From assembly GCA_965202745.1 (NCBI GenBank), contig CBDBCB010000012.1, forward strand, positions 18,463 through 82,462: a stretch of 64,000 nucleotides of DNA, written 5' to 3'. Positions 33,506-43,257 of the stretch are shown piece after piece; position 1 is the stretch's first letter, and the number at the start of each line of letters is the position of its first letter. The notes under the pieces are model-generated. The model saw only the letters and a list, made by a program, of their open reading frames with translations, did no database searches and was not told where the DNA came from. A program made the position numbers and the translations under genes. The DNA is from Alphaproteobacteria bacterium (GTDB lineage Bacteria; Pseudomonadota; Alphaproteobacteria; Bin95).

Positions 33506-34932
33506 ACCGACTCTTTTATGGCGACTGCCTGACTGTCATGCGAGAAATGCCGTTAGGCAGTGTTGATCTGATTTATTTGGATCCCCCTTTCAACTCAAAC
33601 CGTGATTACAATGCGATTTATAAGGATGAGACAGGCCGTCCATTACCCGACCAGATTGAAGCTTTCTCCGATCTGTGGACTTTGGATGAAGATCGCGAAC
33701 GGGCAATCAGAAATATGCCAATCCTTATGAGAGAATCCGGTGTTGATGACGGTATCACCGAGCTCTGGAAAATTTGGTGTAACGCCCTGCGCAAGACGCA
33801 GCCTGGCCTACTTGCCTATCTCAGCTACATGACCGAGAGACTCTTGCCCATGCGGAGTATTCTCAAACCGACCGGATCAATTTATCTACACTGCGATCCT
33901 ACTGCCAGTCATTACATCAAGGTGATGATGGACGGCATCTTCGGGCACGGAAATTTTCGGAATGAGATCATTTGGTGTTACAAATCTGGCGGCGCAAGCA
34001 AACGCTGGTTTGCAAAAAAACATGATACAATTCTATTTTATGCAAGAAATCACAGATATTGCAAATTTAATCAGTTAAAGATCAAATCTTACGGCCAATC
34101 CGGAGGCGGCCATGGTGGTGCCATTAAATATTATAAAGATCAAAAAGGGACGTATTCAATTGTAACAGCCCGCGACTGGTGGGAAATTTCAATGTTGGCA
34201 ACGACCCATAGTGAAGGACTTGGTTATGCGACTCAAAAACCACTTGCCCTATTGGAGCGGATCATTGCTGCCAGCACCAACGAAGGTGATGTGGTGTTCG
34301 ATCCGTTCTGCCGGTGTGCTACGACGCTGGAAGCTGCCCACAAACTTGATCGCAAGTGGATCGGGATCGATATAGCCATTCACGCAATCAAGCGTGTCGC
34401 GAAGGTTCGGCTGGAAGATCGGCTTGGTTTGAAGGATGGTATTGATTTTGAGATCGAGGGTGTCCCACACAACATCGAGGGCGCTCGCGATCTATGGGAA
34501 CGTGATAAATATCATTTTCAGAAATGGGCAATTGAGCAGATCGACGGCTTTGTCACTGCGCGAAAGACGGCTGATGGCGGTATTGACGGGCGGCTCTATT
34601 TTGATATGGGAGGACGCAATCTTGAAAGCATGATGTTGGAAGTGAAGGGCGGCAGAAATATCGGTATCAGTGTTGTGCGGAACCTCCGAGGGGTTCTTGA
34701 ACGCGAAAATGTGCCCATGGCAGGCTTAATCATCATGGACAATCCAGGGCCGACTAAGATGCGGAACTTTGCTCGCGAAATGGCGTCGGCAGGCGATCTT
34801 GAAGTCATGGGTGTTCAGTATTCGCGAATGCAATTGCTGACCGTTCAGGACATTCTTAACGGCAAGCGGTTTCCGACGCCTTCTGTGGCGCGGGCCAAAG
34901 GGGCGGCACAGCCTGCACTGCCGCTGGGTTGA
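33502..34932 (+). CDS. beta-class N4/N6 DNA methyltransferase fused to a C-terminal PD-(D/E)xK nuclease-like domain
   Basis: Motif IV DLIYLDPPFNS precedes the motif I region FDPFCRCATT, which lacks the usual GxG. The C-terminal GGIDGRLYF...MLEVKGG resembles an Mrr-type nuclease core. Its ATG overlaps the transposase stop (ATGA). Confidence 0.75.
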   Translation: MNRLFYGDCLTVMREMPLGSVDLIYLDPPFNSNRDYNAIYKDETGRPLPDQIEAFSDLWTLDEDRERAIRNMPILMRESGVDDGITELWKIWCNALRKTQPGLLAYLSYMTERLLPMRSILKPTGSIYLHCDPTASHYIKVMMDGIFGHGNFRNEIIWCYKSGGASKRWFAKKHDTILFYARNHRYCKFNQLKIKSYGQSGGGHGGAIKYYKDQKGTYSIVTARDWWEISMLATTHSEGLGYATQKPLALLERIIAASTNEGDVVFDPFCRCATTLEAAHKLDRKWIGIDIAIHAIKRVAKVRLEDRLGLKDGIDFEIEGVPHNIEGARDLWERDKYHFQKWAIEQIDGFVTARKTADGGIDGRLYFDMGGRNLESMMLEVKGGRNIGISVVRNLRGVLERENVPMAGLIIMDNPGPTKMRNFAREMASAGDLEVMGVQYSRMQLLTVQDILNGKRFPTPSVARAKGAAQPALPLG

Positions 34933-34936
34933 TAGA

Positions 34937-34958
34937 TAAGCCCTTAAATATTAATTGC
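34937..34958. repeat. right terminal inverted repeat TAAGCCCTTAAATATTAATTGC
   Basis: Reverse complement GCAATTAATATTTAAGGGCTTA matches 32541..32562. Confidence 0.7.
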
Positions 34959-35031
34959 GAAAAATAAACCGCTTGCCACCGCTGGCTGATGCGGTCCTGG
35001 AAAGCGTCGCACAGAATAAGAGCGTTGCACC

Positions 35032-36516
35032 ATGAACAGAACCAAACCCACCCTGGATAAAGACCTGGGCAAGATTGTCAAGGTCGAAGCGGCGACCAGA
35101 ACTACCGCCAAAAGCGTTGCCTCCCACACAAGCGCGGTACTGTTCCTGGGGTTATCAGCCGTCATTGCCGCTGTTTTTGGCGGAGTTGGGCACGACGCAG
35201 CGCTGGTGATTGTAGCGGCGGTCCTCGGCGGCTACATGGCGCTCAACATTGGTGCCAACGATGTGGCGAACAATGTGGGGCCGGCGGTTGGCTCCCGCGC
35301 AATGTCGCTGACTATGGCGCTGATAATCGCCGCGATTTTCGAGAGCGCCGGCGCCCTGATCGCCGGTGGCGATGTTGTCTCGACCATATCCAAGGGCATC
35401 ATCGATCCCTCGCTTGTTCAGGATTCAAACACATTCGTCCGTGCAATGATGGCATCGCTGGTTGCAGCTGCCATTTGGGTTAACCTCGCAACGATTATTG
35501 GAGCGCCGGTATCCACCACCCATTCGGTTGTTGGCGGTGTCATGGGAGCAGGCATTGCGGCCGTTGGCTTCAAGCTGGTCAACTGGGCTACTCTCAGTCA
35601 AATCGCTGCCAGTTGGGTTATCTCTCCCCTGCTCGGCGGTGTGATCGCAGCCCTGTTCCTGGCTTTCATCAAGGTCAACCTGATTTACCAGGAAGACAAA
35701 ATTGCGGCAGCCCGCAAGTGGATTCCGCTGCTAATTGCCGTGATGGCGGGCGCATTCGCTACCTACCTCTCAGTCAAGGGGCTGAAGCCCATTTGGAAAG
35801 CCGATCTGCTGTCGGTGACAATAATTGGCCTTGGCTTTTTCGTGGCGGCATGGGCCATCACCCGACCGCTGATCCGCCGCCAATCGGAAGGGATGGAGAA
35901 CCGCAACCGCTCGCTCCGCGAGCTTTTCCGGCTGCCGCTGATCTGTTCCGCCGCCCTGCTGTCGTTTGCTCATGGCGCGAATGACGTTGCCAATGCCATC
36001 GGACCGCTGGCCGCCATCATTCACAGCGTCCAGTTCGGCGATATTGCGGGCAAGGCCTCGGTTCCCGGCTGGGTCATGGTGATCGGTGCATTCGGCATCA
36101 GCATCGGCCTGTTCATTTATGGCCCGAAGTTGATCCGAATGGTCGGCAACCAAATCACCAAGATGAACCCGATGCGGGCCTATTGCGTGATGCTATCGGC
36201 GGCCATCACCGTGATCATCGCCTCGTGGTTGGGTCTGCCGGTGAGTTCAACCCACATCGCAGTGGGCGCGGTGTTCGGAGTCGGCTTCTTCCGCGAATAC
36301 TACACCAAACGCAGCAAGCGGCGGCGGCAGATGCTGGCCCGGGCAAGCGGCTATGACTACGACCCGGAAGTCGCCATCTCCGCAACCAAGCGCCAGCATC
36401 GCAAGCTGGTCCGCCGTTCCCACTTTTTGACGATTGTCGTCGCCTGGGTCGTGACGGTTCCGGCGGCCGCTATACTGGCGGCAATGGTATTCTACCTGCT
36501 GGACGCCATAATGTGA
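35032..36516 (+). CDS. PiT-family inorganic phosphate transporter
   Basis: Duplicated GANDVAN signature (IGANDVANNVGP, HGANDVANAIGP) and multiple transmembrane segments. Confidence 0.9.
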   Translation: MNRTKPTLDKDLGKIVKVEAATRTTAKSVASHTSAVLFLGLSAVIAAVFGGVGHDAALVIVAAVLGGYMALNIGANDVANNVGPAVGSRAMSLTMALIIAAIFESAGALIAGGDVVSTISKGIIDPSLVQDSNTFVRAMMASLVAAAIWVNLATIIGAPVSTTHSVVGGVMGAGIAAVGFKLVNWATLSQIAASWVISPLLGGVIAALFLAFIKVNLIYQEDKIAAARKWIPLLIAVMAGAFATYLSVKGLKPIWKADLLSVTIIGLGFFVAAWAITRPLIRRQSEGMENRNRSLRELFRLPLICSAALLSFAHGANDVANAIGPLAAIIHSVQFGDIAGKASVPGWVMVIGAFGISIGLFIYGPKLIRMVGNQITKMNPMRAYCVMLSAAITVIIASWLGLPVSSTHIAVGAVFGVGFFREYYTKRSKRRRQMLARASGYDYDPEVAISATKRQHRKLVRRSHFLTIVVAWVVTVPAAAILAAMVFYLLDAIM

Positions 36517-36571
36517 TGTGGTTGCTGACGGCGGGGGTGTCTATGCCGCCCGCCTCCTTCAACCGCCGGTA

Positions 36572-37105
36572 CTACTGCGCAGAGGCGCTTTCGATCACAA
36601 TCGCCTTGCCTGCGTCTGCGTCGTACTTCAGGCGCTCCACATAGTCCAAGTCCTTGCCCGTCACGCGCAGAAACTGTGCGCCGTCGGGGAAGGACTTGGA
36701 GTGGATGTCGCCCACGTCGTACTTGCCGACCTCGCCCGGGTTCAGGCGGTACTCGTTCACCTTCTCCATGTTCGCATCATCGCCGCCGTCGGTGCGGTTC
36801 CAGACCGTCATGTCCGTATAGCCGGTCACCTGGCCATAGACCGCCCAGCTTGGGCCATGATCGTGCGGCAGCGACTTCCCGGCCTTGGCATTGACGTGGG
36901 CGAGTACGACGAAGCCCAGGTCAGGATCTTCGTAGAGCGTGGTCTTGCCGGGTTGGGCGTCAGCCAGGAACGCTCCTGCGACAAACTCCTTGTTCGTCAG
37001 CAACTTTTCGGCCAACTGGCGCACCTTCTCGCGGCCGCTGGCATTGTTCTCCGCCTGGAGCGCCGCACGGGCGTCGGCGGTGAATTGATCAAGGGTGTAA
37101 GGCAT
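36572..37105 (-). CDS. cupin-fold (double-stranded beta-helix) metal-binding protein
   Basis: LPHDHGPSWAVYG metal-binding-type motif. The start at MPYTLDQF (37105) is preceded by AGAGGAG. Confidence 0.6.
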   Translation of the reverse strand: MPYTLDQFTADARAALQAENNASGREKVRQLAEKLLTNKEFVAGAFLADAQPGKTTLYEDPDLGFVVLAHVNAKAGKSLPHDHGPSWAVYGQVTGYTDMTVWNRTDGGDDANMEKVNEYRLNPGEVGKYDVGDIHSKSFPDGAQFLRVTGKDLDYVERLKYDADAGKAIVIESASAQ

Positions 37106-37171
37106 GGTTGAGCTCCTCTTCAAAATAAAGGATCCCCGGAAGCGGCGAGCGCTGTCCGGGGATCCTTGACA

Positions 37172-37558
37172 CTAAGCCGGCGTAAAGCACGCCACCTTGT
37201 GACCGTCAGCAGCGTCCTTGAACACCAGCTTTACCTTCTGGCCGATATGAACCCCGGCAAAGTCGGTATCGACGATGTTGCTCATCACCGTCACACCCTC
37301 AACGAGCGTGATGTAGGCGATGCAATATTGCGGATCGGCGCGCCACAGCGTCGAGTGGCTGTAGATGGTGCCGGTGCCTTTGGCTTCGACCCAGCTGATA
37401 TCGCGGGAGCCGGTCAGCGGCGAGTTCTTGCGCGGATACCAGAACAATTCACCATTGGAATTGTCTTTCGGGATCAGGTACTTGCCTTCATTGCAAGCAT
37501 CCCACCATTCCTGAGTCTCAGGGTTGATCGGCGGGGCGGGGAGTTGACGTTCAGCCAT
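37172..37558 (-). CDS. Zn-ribbon/OB-fold protein (DUF35 type), thiolase partner
   Basis: 128 aa. Its start overlaps the stop of the thiolase-like gene. Typical DUF35 pairing. Confidence 0.7.
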   Translation of the reverse strand: MAERQLPAPPINPETQEWWDACNEGKYLIPKDNSNGELFWYPRKNSPLTGSRDISWVEAKGTGTIYSHSTLWRADPQYCIAYITLVEGVTVMSNIVDTDFAGVHIGQKVKLVFKDAADGHKVACFTPA

Positions 37559-38730
37559 TAGTCAGCGCGCTCCAGAATAATCGTTGCGGAACCATGGCGG
37601 GTGCCGAGCGAACCGCCCGTGCCATGCGCGAGAACCAGGTCACAGTTTGGAACCTGCACTTTCGGGTGCGCTTCACCGCGGGCCTGACGAACCGCTTCCA
37701 GCACCTTGGTCAAGCCACCGCGGTTGGCCGGGTGGTTGTTGCAGAGACCGCCGCCATCGGTGTTGAACGGCAGTTTACCGACACCACTGATCAGGTTGCC
37801 GTCGCTGACAAAGGTGCCGCCCTTGCCCTTCTCGCAGAAGCCGAGGTCTTCGATCTGCTCCAGCACCGTGATGGTGAAGCTGTCATAGACGCTGGCATAT
37901 TTGATGTCGGCCGGCTTCACGCCAGCTTCAGCAAATGCCTGCGGGCCGGACCAGCGTGCGCCGGTGTAGGTCAGGTCAACCTTGCCACCCAGGATATTCT
38001 TCGGCGACTCGCCGGCACCCAGCAGCTTGATCTTGGGGCGGGAGAGGCTGGCCATCACTTCCGGGGCCACCACGATAATCGCGCCGCCGCCATCGGTGAT
38101 GACGCAGCAGTCGAGGCGGTGCAGCGGGTCGGCGATCACCGGCGAGTTCACCACGTCCTCAACCGTCACCACGTTCTGCAGCAGCGCGTGTGGGTTGTAC
38201 TGGGCGTGCGTGGAGGCCGCGACCTTGATCCAGGCAAGCTGCTCAGATGTGGTACCGTACTCGTGCATATGGCGCTGGGCGCACATGGCGTACATGTTGG
38301 CGACGGTGGTGCCGTAAATCTGCTCGAAGCCTTCGTCCGGCGCGCCGGAGAATGCGCGGGCGGCAGTGCCCGTCGCCTGGCCTTCGGAACGCGGGCGGCC
38401 GGCCAGCGTGATGAGGCAGACTTTGGCCTTGCCCATCTTGATCGCCATGGCGGCATGCTCAACATGCAGCACGTAGGACGAGCCACCGACATCGGTGCTG
38501 TCCATGTGGCGCACGTTCGGCAGACCGATATATTCGATCATCGACAAGGGGCCGAGGCCCGGCGCATCACCAGCGCAATAGTAGGCGTCCACATCCTGGA
38601 GCGTCAGGTCGGCATCGGCCAACGCGCCAATGGCGCTTTCCATGTGAATTTGCGGGGTGGATAGATCAGGCGCTTTGCGCGTGGGATGTTCGAAAATCCC
38701 TGCGATATACGCCGAGCCTTTTAAACTCAT
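37558..38730 (-). CDS. thiolase-family (SCP-x-like) acetyl-CoA acyltransferase
   Basis: 390 aa with the thiolase fold pattern (GGSSY, C-terminal GGGLCNNHP...HGTGG). Confidence 0.8.
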   Translation of the reverse strand: MSLKGSAYIAGIFEHPTRKAPDLSTPQIHMESAIGALADADLTLQDVDAYYCAGDAPGLGPLSMIEYIGLPNVRHMDSTDVGGSSYVLHVEHAAMAIKMGKAKVCLITLAGRPRSEGQATGTAARAFSGAPDEGFEQIYGTTVANMYAMCAQRHMHEYGTTSEQLAWIKVAASTHAQYNPHALLQNVVTVEDVVNSPVIADPLHRLDCCVITDGGGAIIVVAPEVMASLSRPKIKLLGAGESPKNILGGKVDLTYTGARWSGPQAFAEAGVKPADIKYASVYDSFTITVLEQIEDLGFCEKGKGGTFVSDGNLISGVGKLPFNTDGGGLCNNHPANRGGLTKVLEAVRQARGEAHPKVQVPNCDLVLAHGTGGSLGTRHGSATIILERAD

Positions 38731-38859
38731 TGGCTAAGGTTTCCTCCAGTACATGGGATGCAAGCCACCGGAACCCGGCGCTTACAACTATCGTAGGGGT
38801 AAGGCGCGCCCGTGGGAAGTGCGGAGGGATGCTAATTCAAATTTAGCGGCAGGTTCACT

Positions 38860-39492
38860 TCACTCACCAATCAGCGGAAGCACCACCGCGGGCGCGCTCG
38901 CGTTCATTTCAATGAGCGACAGGTCTTGAGCCATTTGCACTTGGACCTCTCCGGTAGAGATACTAGCCAAGTGCGTTTGGCCGTCTGAACCGCCGCTGTC
39001 GAATAGAAGAGCCAACTCCGTGAACCCCTGCGCGTCAAAGGCAGCTACTCTGGGATCGGAACCATCGCGTAAAATTGTGCACGCTGCTTTCATCTCCGGC
39101 CAACGAACAACTGCGAACGCACGCCCCAAACGCTCCAAGTACCAGGGAAGCCGTACGCCCTCTTCAACAGGCGCAACATACCTGCCGGAAATCAGTGCTA
39201 CACCGCCTGAGAAGTAGGGATAGGCCTCGGTTGGCAATGCTAACGGCAATGGCCCCTTACCGCTCGAAGCACTGCCATAGACAACTTTCTGGGTCCGCAG
39301 TGCCTCCAGTAAGTCAGGTGTTTCAACGAGCCGGACGCATATTGCAGCCACAATTGACCCATCGCCAGTTCTGCTTCTGACCGCTATCCAAAAGAAATCA
39401 CCGTGTGACAGTTCATGAAAGTCCGGATTGATTTCCGGTTCCAAAGGAACTCCCGGACGGACCGCCAACAGGAAACCGGCGGCACTTTGCAC
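38860..39492 (-). CDS. hypothetical protein
   Basis: 210-aa ORF with no recognised motif. By eye it is somewhat AT-richer than its neighbours. Confidence 0.45.
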   Translation of the reverse strand: MQSAAGFLLAVRPGVPLEPEINPDFHELSHGDFFWIAVRSRTGDGSIVAAICVRLVETPDLLEALRTQKVVYGSASSGKGPLPLALPTEAYPYFSGGVALISGRYVAPVEEGVRLPWYLERLGRAFAVVRWPEMKAACTILRDGSDPRVAAFDAQGFTELALLFDSGGSDGQTHLASISTGEVQVQMAQDLSLIEMNASAPAVVLPLIGE

Positions 39493-39641
39493 ATCATCGT
39501 CAATCGACGTGGAATAACCCGAATTTCACAGGACAGTTGAGCAAGCATTGGTGAAAGCTTCTGGTGTACGCTCAGCCATAAAACCACCCCTCTCCTACGA
39601 ATAGGCAATTTCGCTCATGCAGTACTCGGCACAGTCTTCAC

Positions 39642-40366
39642 CTAATCCACCAGCGCATAGACGACGGTAGAGACCACCCTCACTCGCTTGTTGATCTGGC
39701 CTGGTTCGTAGAGCCCGGGCACCCGGTCCCGAGGCAGAATCTGGAACACACCCTGATTGGCCCAGCGGATACTGCCGACGGATGCGCCCGAGTCATCCGC
39801 AAACTTTGCAGCCCCTTCCCTGCCGTTGGCCAGCGCCTTCGCCAGCATGTCGGGCTTGATATCGTTCAGCCTGGTGTAGAGGTAGACTGGCCCCGCCTGC
39901 CCGCCTTCGCTGGAGAGGATCACGCCAGCCTCCACCAGCTTGCCAACTTGCTGGGAGAGCTGACCGCATCCACATCGCCAGTGCGCACCAGCAAGGCCTG
40001 ACTGACGATATAGCGGCTCTGCACCGGGCCGGAACGGTATTGTTGCGCCAATTGATCAATAACCGCGAATTGCTGGACTGAGACAGCTCCTTCTTCAATC
40101 CCACCTGCCGCCAGGAATTTCCGGACGGTCGCTTCATCCGCTGCAACATTTGCCAGGGCAGCGGCCAGATCATCGTTGGTTGTGGTGAACTTCAGGGGCC
40201 AGAGCGAAAGGTCCGCCTTGACGTCCTGCTCCGCCAGGCCCTTGACCGAGACCTCCCGCACGACCGTGCGCACCTCTACGAACGCGCGGGAGAATTCCAG
40301 CGCCGCGAAAGCGATGGCGGCTGCAACGAGCAAGCCTGCAATGACGATCCCAGCGGTGTTGCGCAT
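39642..40366 (-). pseudogene. SIMPL-domain (DUF541) protein with a frameshift near 39935-39965
   Basis: ORFs 39920..40366 and 39642..39935 are consecutive parts of one SIMPL-type protein in different frames (...GDVDAV / QLSQQVGKLVEAGVILSS...). Confidence 0.7.
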
Positions 40367-40374
40367 GACCCTGC

Positions 40375-41163
40375 CTACTCTCCGGTGAATGCTGCCCGGC
40401 GCTTCTCAACGAAAGCGCGGATGCCTTCCTGCATATCGGCCGAGCCCGCGCAGGAGACGATGCCGTCGCGCTCTGCTTCCAACTGCTTGTCGATGTCGGA
40501 ATTGAAGCTCTGATCGATCAACTTCTTGGTCCAGCCGTAGGCATAGGACGGGCCATTCGCCAGCTTCTCCGCCCAGTTCATCACCGCCGCATCCAACTCA
40601 TCGGCAGGCACGACCTTGTTAACCAGGCCCATGTCCTTCGCATCTTCCGCACTGAAGCGGTCCGAAAGCATGGCGATTTCCACGGCTTTCCGCCGTCCGA
40701 CGATCCGCGGCAGGAAGTAGGTACTGCCGCCGTCCGGGCTGGTGCCGAGGGCGGAATAGGCCAGCGTCATCATCAGATTGTCGGCGGCGATGGCCAGGTC
40801 CAACGTCAGCGCCAGGCTCATCCCCGCGCCCGCAACCGGGCCATGCAGCGAACCCAGAACCGGCTTGTTCATCCGCACGATAGCCCGCACGGCGCAGTGA
40901 TAGTCGTCCAGCATGTTGCCCACGTGCACTTGCAGGTTCTTGTCGAGCTGCTCGTGGAAACCGGCTACGTCGCCTCCCGCCATGAAGCCCTTGCCAGCAC
41001 CCTTAAGCACAACGCAGCGCACAGACTTGTCCATCTCCAGCTCATACGTGATCTGGCGAAGCGACGAGGCCATTTCCGGGCTTAGCGCGTTCAGCACCTC
41101 CGGCCGGTTCAGCGTGACGGTCGCGATAGCGCCATTGCGCTCTAGCAGGACAGGCTCGGACAT
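40375..41163 (-). CDS. enoyl-CoA hydratase/isomerase family protein
   Basis: Crotonase pattern: VVLKGAGKGFMAGGD and GPVAGAGMSLAL. Confidence 0.85.
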   Translation of the reverse strand: MSEPVLLERNGAIATVTLNRPEVLNALSPEMASSLRQITYELEMDKSVRCVVLKGAGKGFMAGGDVAGFHEQLDKNLQVHVGNMLDDYHCAVRAIVRMNKPVLGSLHGPVAGAGMSLALTLDLAIAADNLMMTLAYSALGTSPDGGSTYFLPRIVGRRKAVEIAMLSDRFSAEDAKDMGLVNKVVPADELDAAVMNWAEKLANGPSYAYGWTKKLIDQSFNSDIDKQLEAERDGIVSCAGSADMQEGIRAFVEKRRAAFTGE

Positions 41164-41235
41164 GGGTAATTCCTCTTGCGGATCTCAGATGTTGCCCGCA
41201 CCCTACCGATCCCCCGGAACAAGGACAATTGCCAG

Positions 41236-41706
41236 ATGACCTCCCTGACACTCGCCCATGCCAATGCCATCGTCGACGCCGCGCTTGCGGCCGGTAAGGA
41301 GCACAGCATGATGCCTCTGACCGTCGCCGTTCTGGATGCTGGCGGCCACCTGGTGGCGCTTCAGCGCGAAGACGGCAGCGGCATCCTTCGGGTAGAGGTT
41401 GCCCGCGGCAAAGCCTGGGCCTCGCTCGGCATGGGCGCACCGTCGCGGCTGCTGCGAGACCGCCTCTCGCCGGAGCGGCAATACTTTATCACTGGACTGG
41501 TGGGTGCCAGCGACGGTAAGTTCATCTGCGTGCCGGGCGGCGTGCTGATCTATGCCGAAAAAGGCGGCCCGGTCATCGGCACGGTCGGCATTTCCGGTGA
41601 CACCTCTGACAAGGACGAATTCGCCGCCATCGCTGGTGTAAAGGCCGCCGGCTTAATCCCCAATCCAGCCGAACCAATTGAAGGCTGGGCCGCATCGAGC
41701 CTATAA
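41236..41706 (+). CDS. GlcG/HbpS-like heme-binding protein (DUF336)
   Basis: LTLAHANAIVDAALAAGKEH...AVLDAGGHLVAL...GISGDTSDKDE. ATG at 41236 preferred over 41176. Confidence 0.75.
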   Translation: MTSLTLAHANAIVDAALAAGKEHSMMPLTVAVLDAGGHLVALQREDGSGILRVEVARGKAWASLGMGAPSRLLRDRLSPERQYFITGLVGASDGKFICVPGGVLIYAEKGGPVIGTVGISGDTSDKDEFAAIAGVKAAGLIPNPAEPIEGWAASSL

Positions 41707-41781
41707 AACTCAAACTGGGGCAAGGCAAAATTCACCGCCGACCGAGTAATCCTGGTTTATTTAGTTTTTCGTTGAACCAAA

Positions 41782-43257
41782 TTACTCAGCGTCCTCTTTT
41801 GAGTGCAAAATTTCGAACGTTGACTGCAAACCCACAGTATATTTCACAATATTGCGGACATATATAACCGGCTCACCTGATACGGCTTTCGCCGTTGCCA
41901 CCTCAACATTGCCGAGCCAAACATTCGGATCGAGCCCCATTTTTCCTGCCCGGCGCCAGGATTTCCGGATATTGCCCGGACCGGCATTATAGGCGGCCAG
42001 GGAAAATAGAACCTGATCGAAGTCGCTGATTGCATCGTCATCGAAATAATGGTCCCGCACAAACCGCAAGTATTTGATTCCGGCATGAACGTTGGGCTCC
42101 GCCATTGTAATGTCGGAAATCCCAACATTCGGATCAGTTGCTATATCCGGCATAACCTGCATGACGCCTATGGTGCCAACGTGGCTTCGTTTTGACTGGT
42201 CAAAACCGGACTCCTGGTAGGCTTGGCTCGCAACCAGTAGCCAGTCAAAATCGTACTGCTCAGAATATTGCTTTACCAGCCGGATCGCGTCTTTTGTCCT
42301 CTGGTTAAGGGTCCTTGCTTCAACTTTCTTCACTCATTTTGTAGATTCCAGGTAACGGCGATGCAGAATATTGCCCAGCGCGGATTTGATCTTTACCGTC
42401 TTCGAGAACGCATCCAGCTCCGCTTTTAGCTTGGGCATGCCTTTCCGAAGAGCAAACGCTATTTCACCGTCATCATTGATGCTCAAGGCATTTTGAATCT
42501 TAAGTCCGGGGTATATTTCCAACCATAAGCTAGCTTTATGGCTGTCGACGATTGTCGCTGGAATAAGGCCGCCATGAATCATCTCAAGCAAGTCATGGTC
42601 TTCCAGTAAATCGCTCGTTACTTCCCTAGCAATTTCTGATTTACTAGCAGCTTTACGCTCGGCATTCAATGCTTGAAGGTGTGAGTAATAACTGCTGGAT
42701 TTCCGCAGATACAGCACTGTCCCCACCAGATCGTCAAAAGATTGGATCTCGCCTGCATCGCTATGGGTAACCACCAATTCCCGGACACCAACACGTATTG
42801 GCAAACTGAATTCAACATCCTGCAGCCGTTCCTCTAAAATGGTGAGGTTCGCGTCCAACATATCAACCTTGCCACCCAGCAATGCCGGAAACATCTCGTC
42901 GCGTGATTTCGGCAGTACTATCACGGTCATTGTCTTTTTATATTTTTTACGGAGGTATTTTTGCAAAGCCTTGCCCCGCTCCGCTGAGAGACCAGCGCTT
43001 TTCTGTCCGTCAAAGGCAAAAAACAAGGGGTTATACGGCACACCGATACGAATGAAGCCCCGTTCCACCATCGAATCGAAATCACCGAAATTCTCAGACA
43101 GCGCGCGCTCCATCAAATGATCCGTGTCGCGATTCACGGTTTCGTCCTGATTTTGCTGTGCAGTCCCATTGCTCACAATCAAGCAGAAGGCCACTAAAGC
43201 CAGCAGTCCCCGAAAAAACCATAGTCCTGATCTCTTCTTCGTTGGCCGCTTGATCAA
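41782..43257 (-). pseudogene. MltF-like protein (periplasmic SBP_bac_3 domain plus SLT lytic transglycosylase domain) with in-frame TGA at 42334-42336
   Basis: ORFs 42334..43257 and 41782..42333 are in one frame (..RRYLESTK*VKKVEART..). SLT catalytic region AYQESGFDQ...GVMQVMP. Visibly AT-richer than the flanks. Confidence 0.75.

Larger units (their letters stand above)
8877..34958. mobile_element. ~26-kb acquired genomic island (integrative element plus IS-riddled defence remnant)
   Basis: AT-rich junctions at 8877-9150 and 34933-35031. The content is exclusively recombination, replication, restriction-modification and IS genes, between housekeeping-type genes. No tRNA at either end. Confidence 0.7.
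32541..34958 (+). mobile_element. IS1595-like transposable unit carrying a DNA methyltransferase-nuclease passenger gene
   Basis: 22-bp terminal inverted repeats (20 of 22 identical) enclose the transposase and the translationally coupled methyltransferase gene. Confidence 0.6.
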
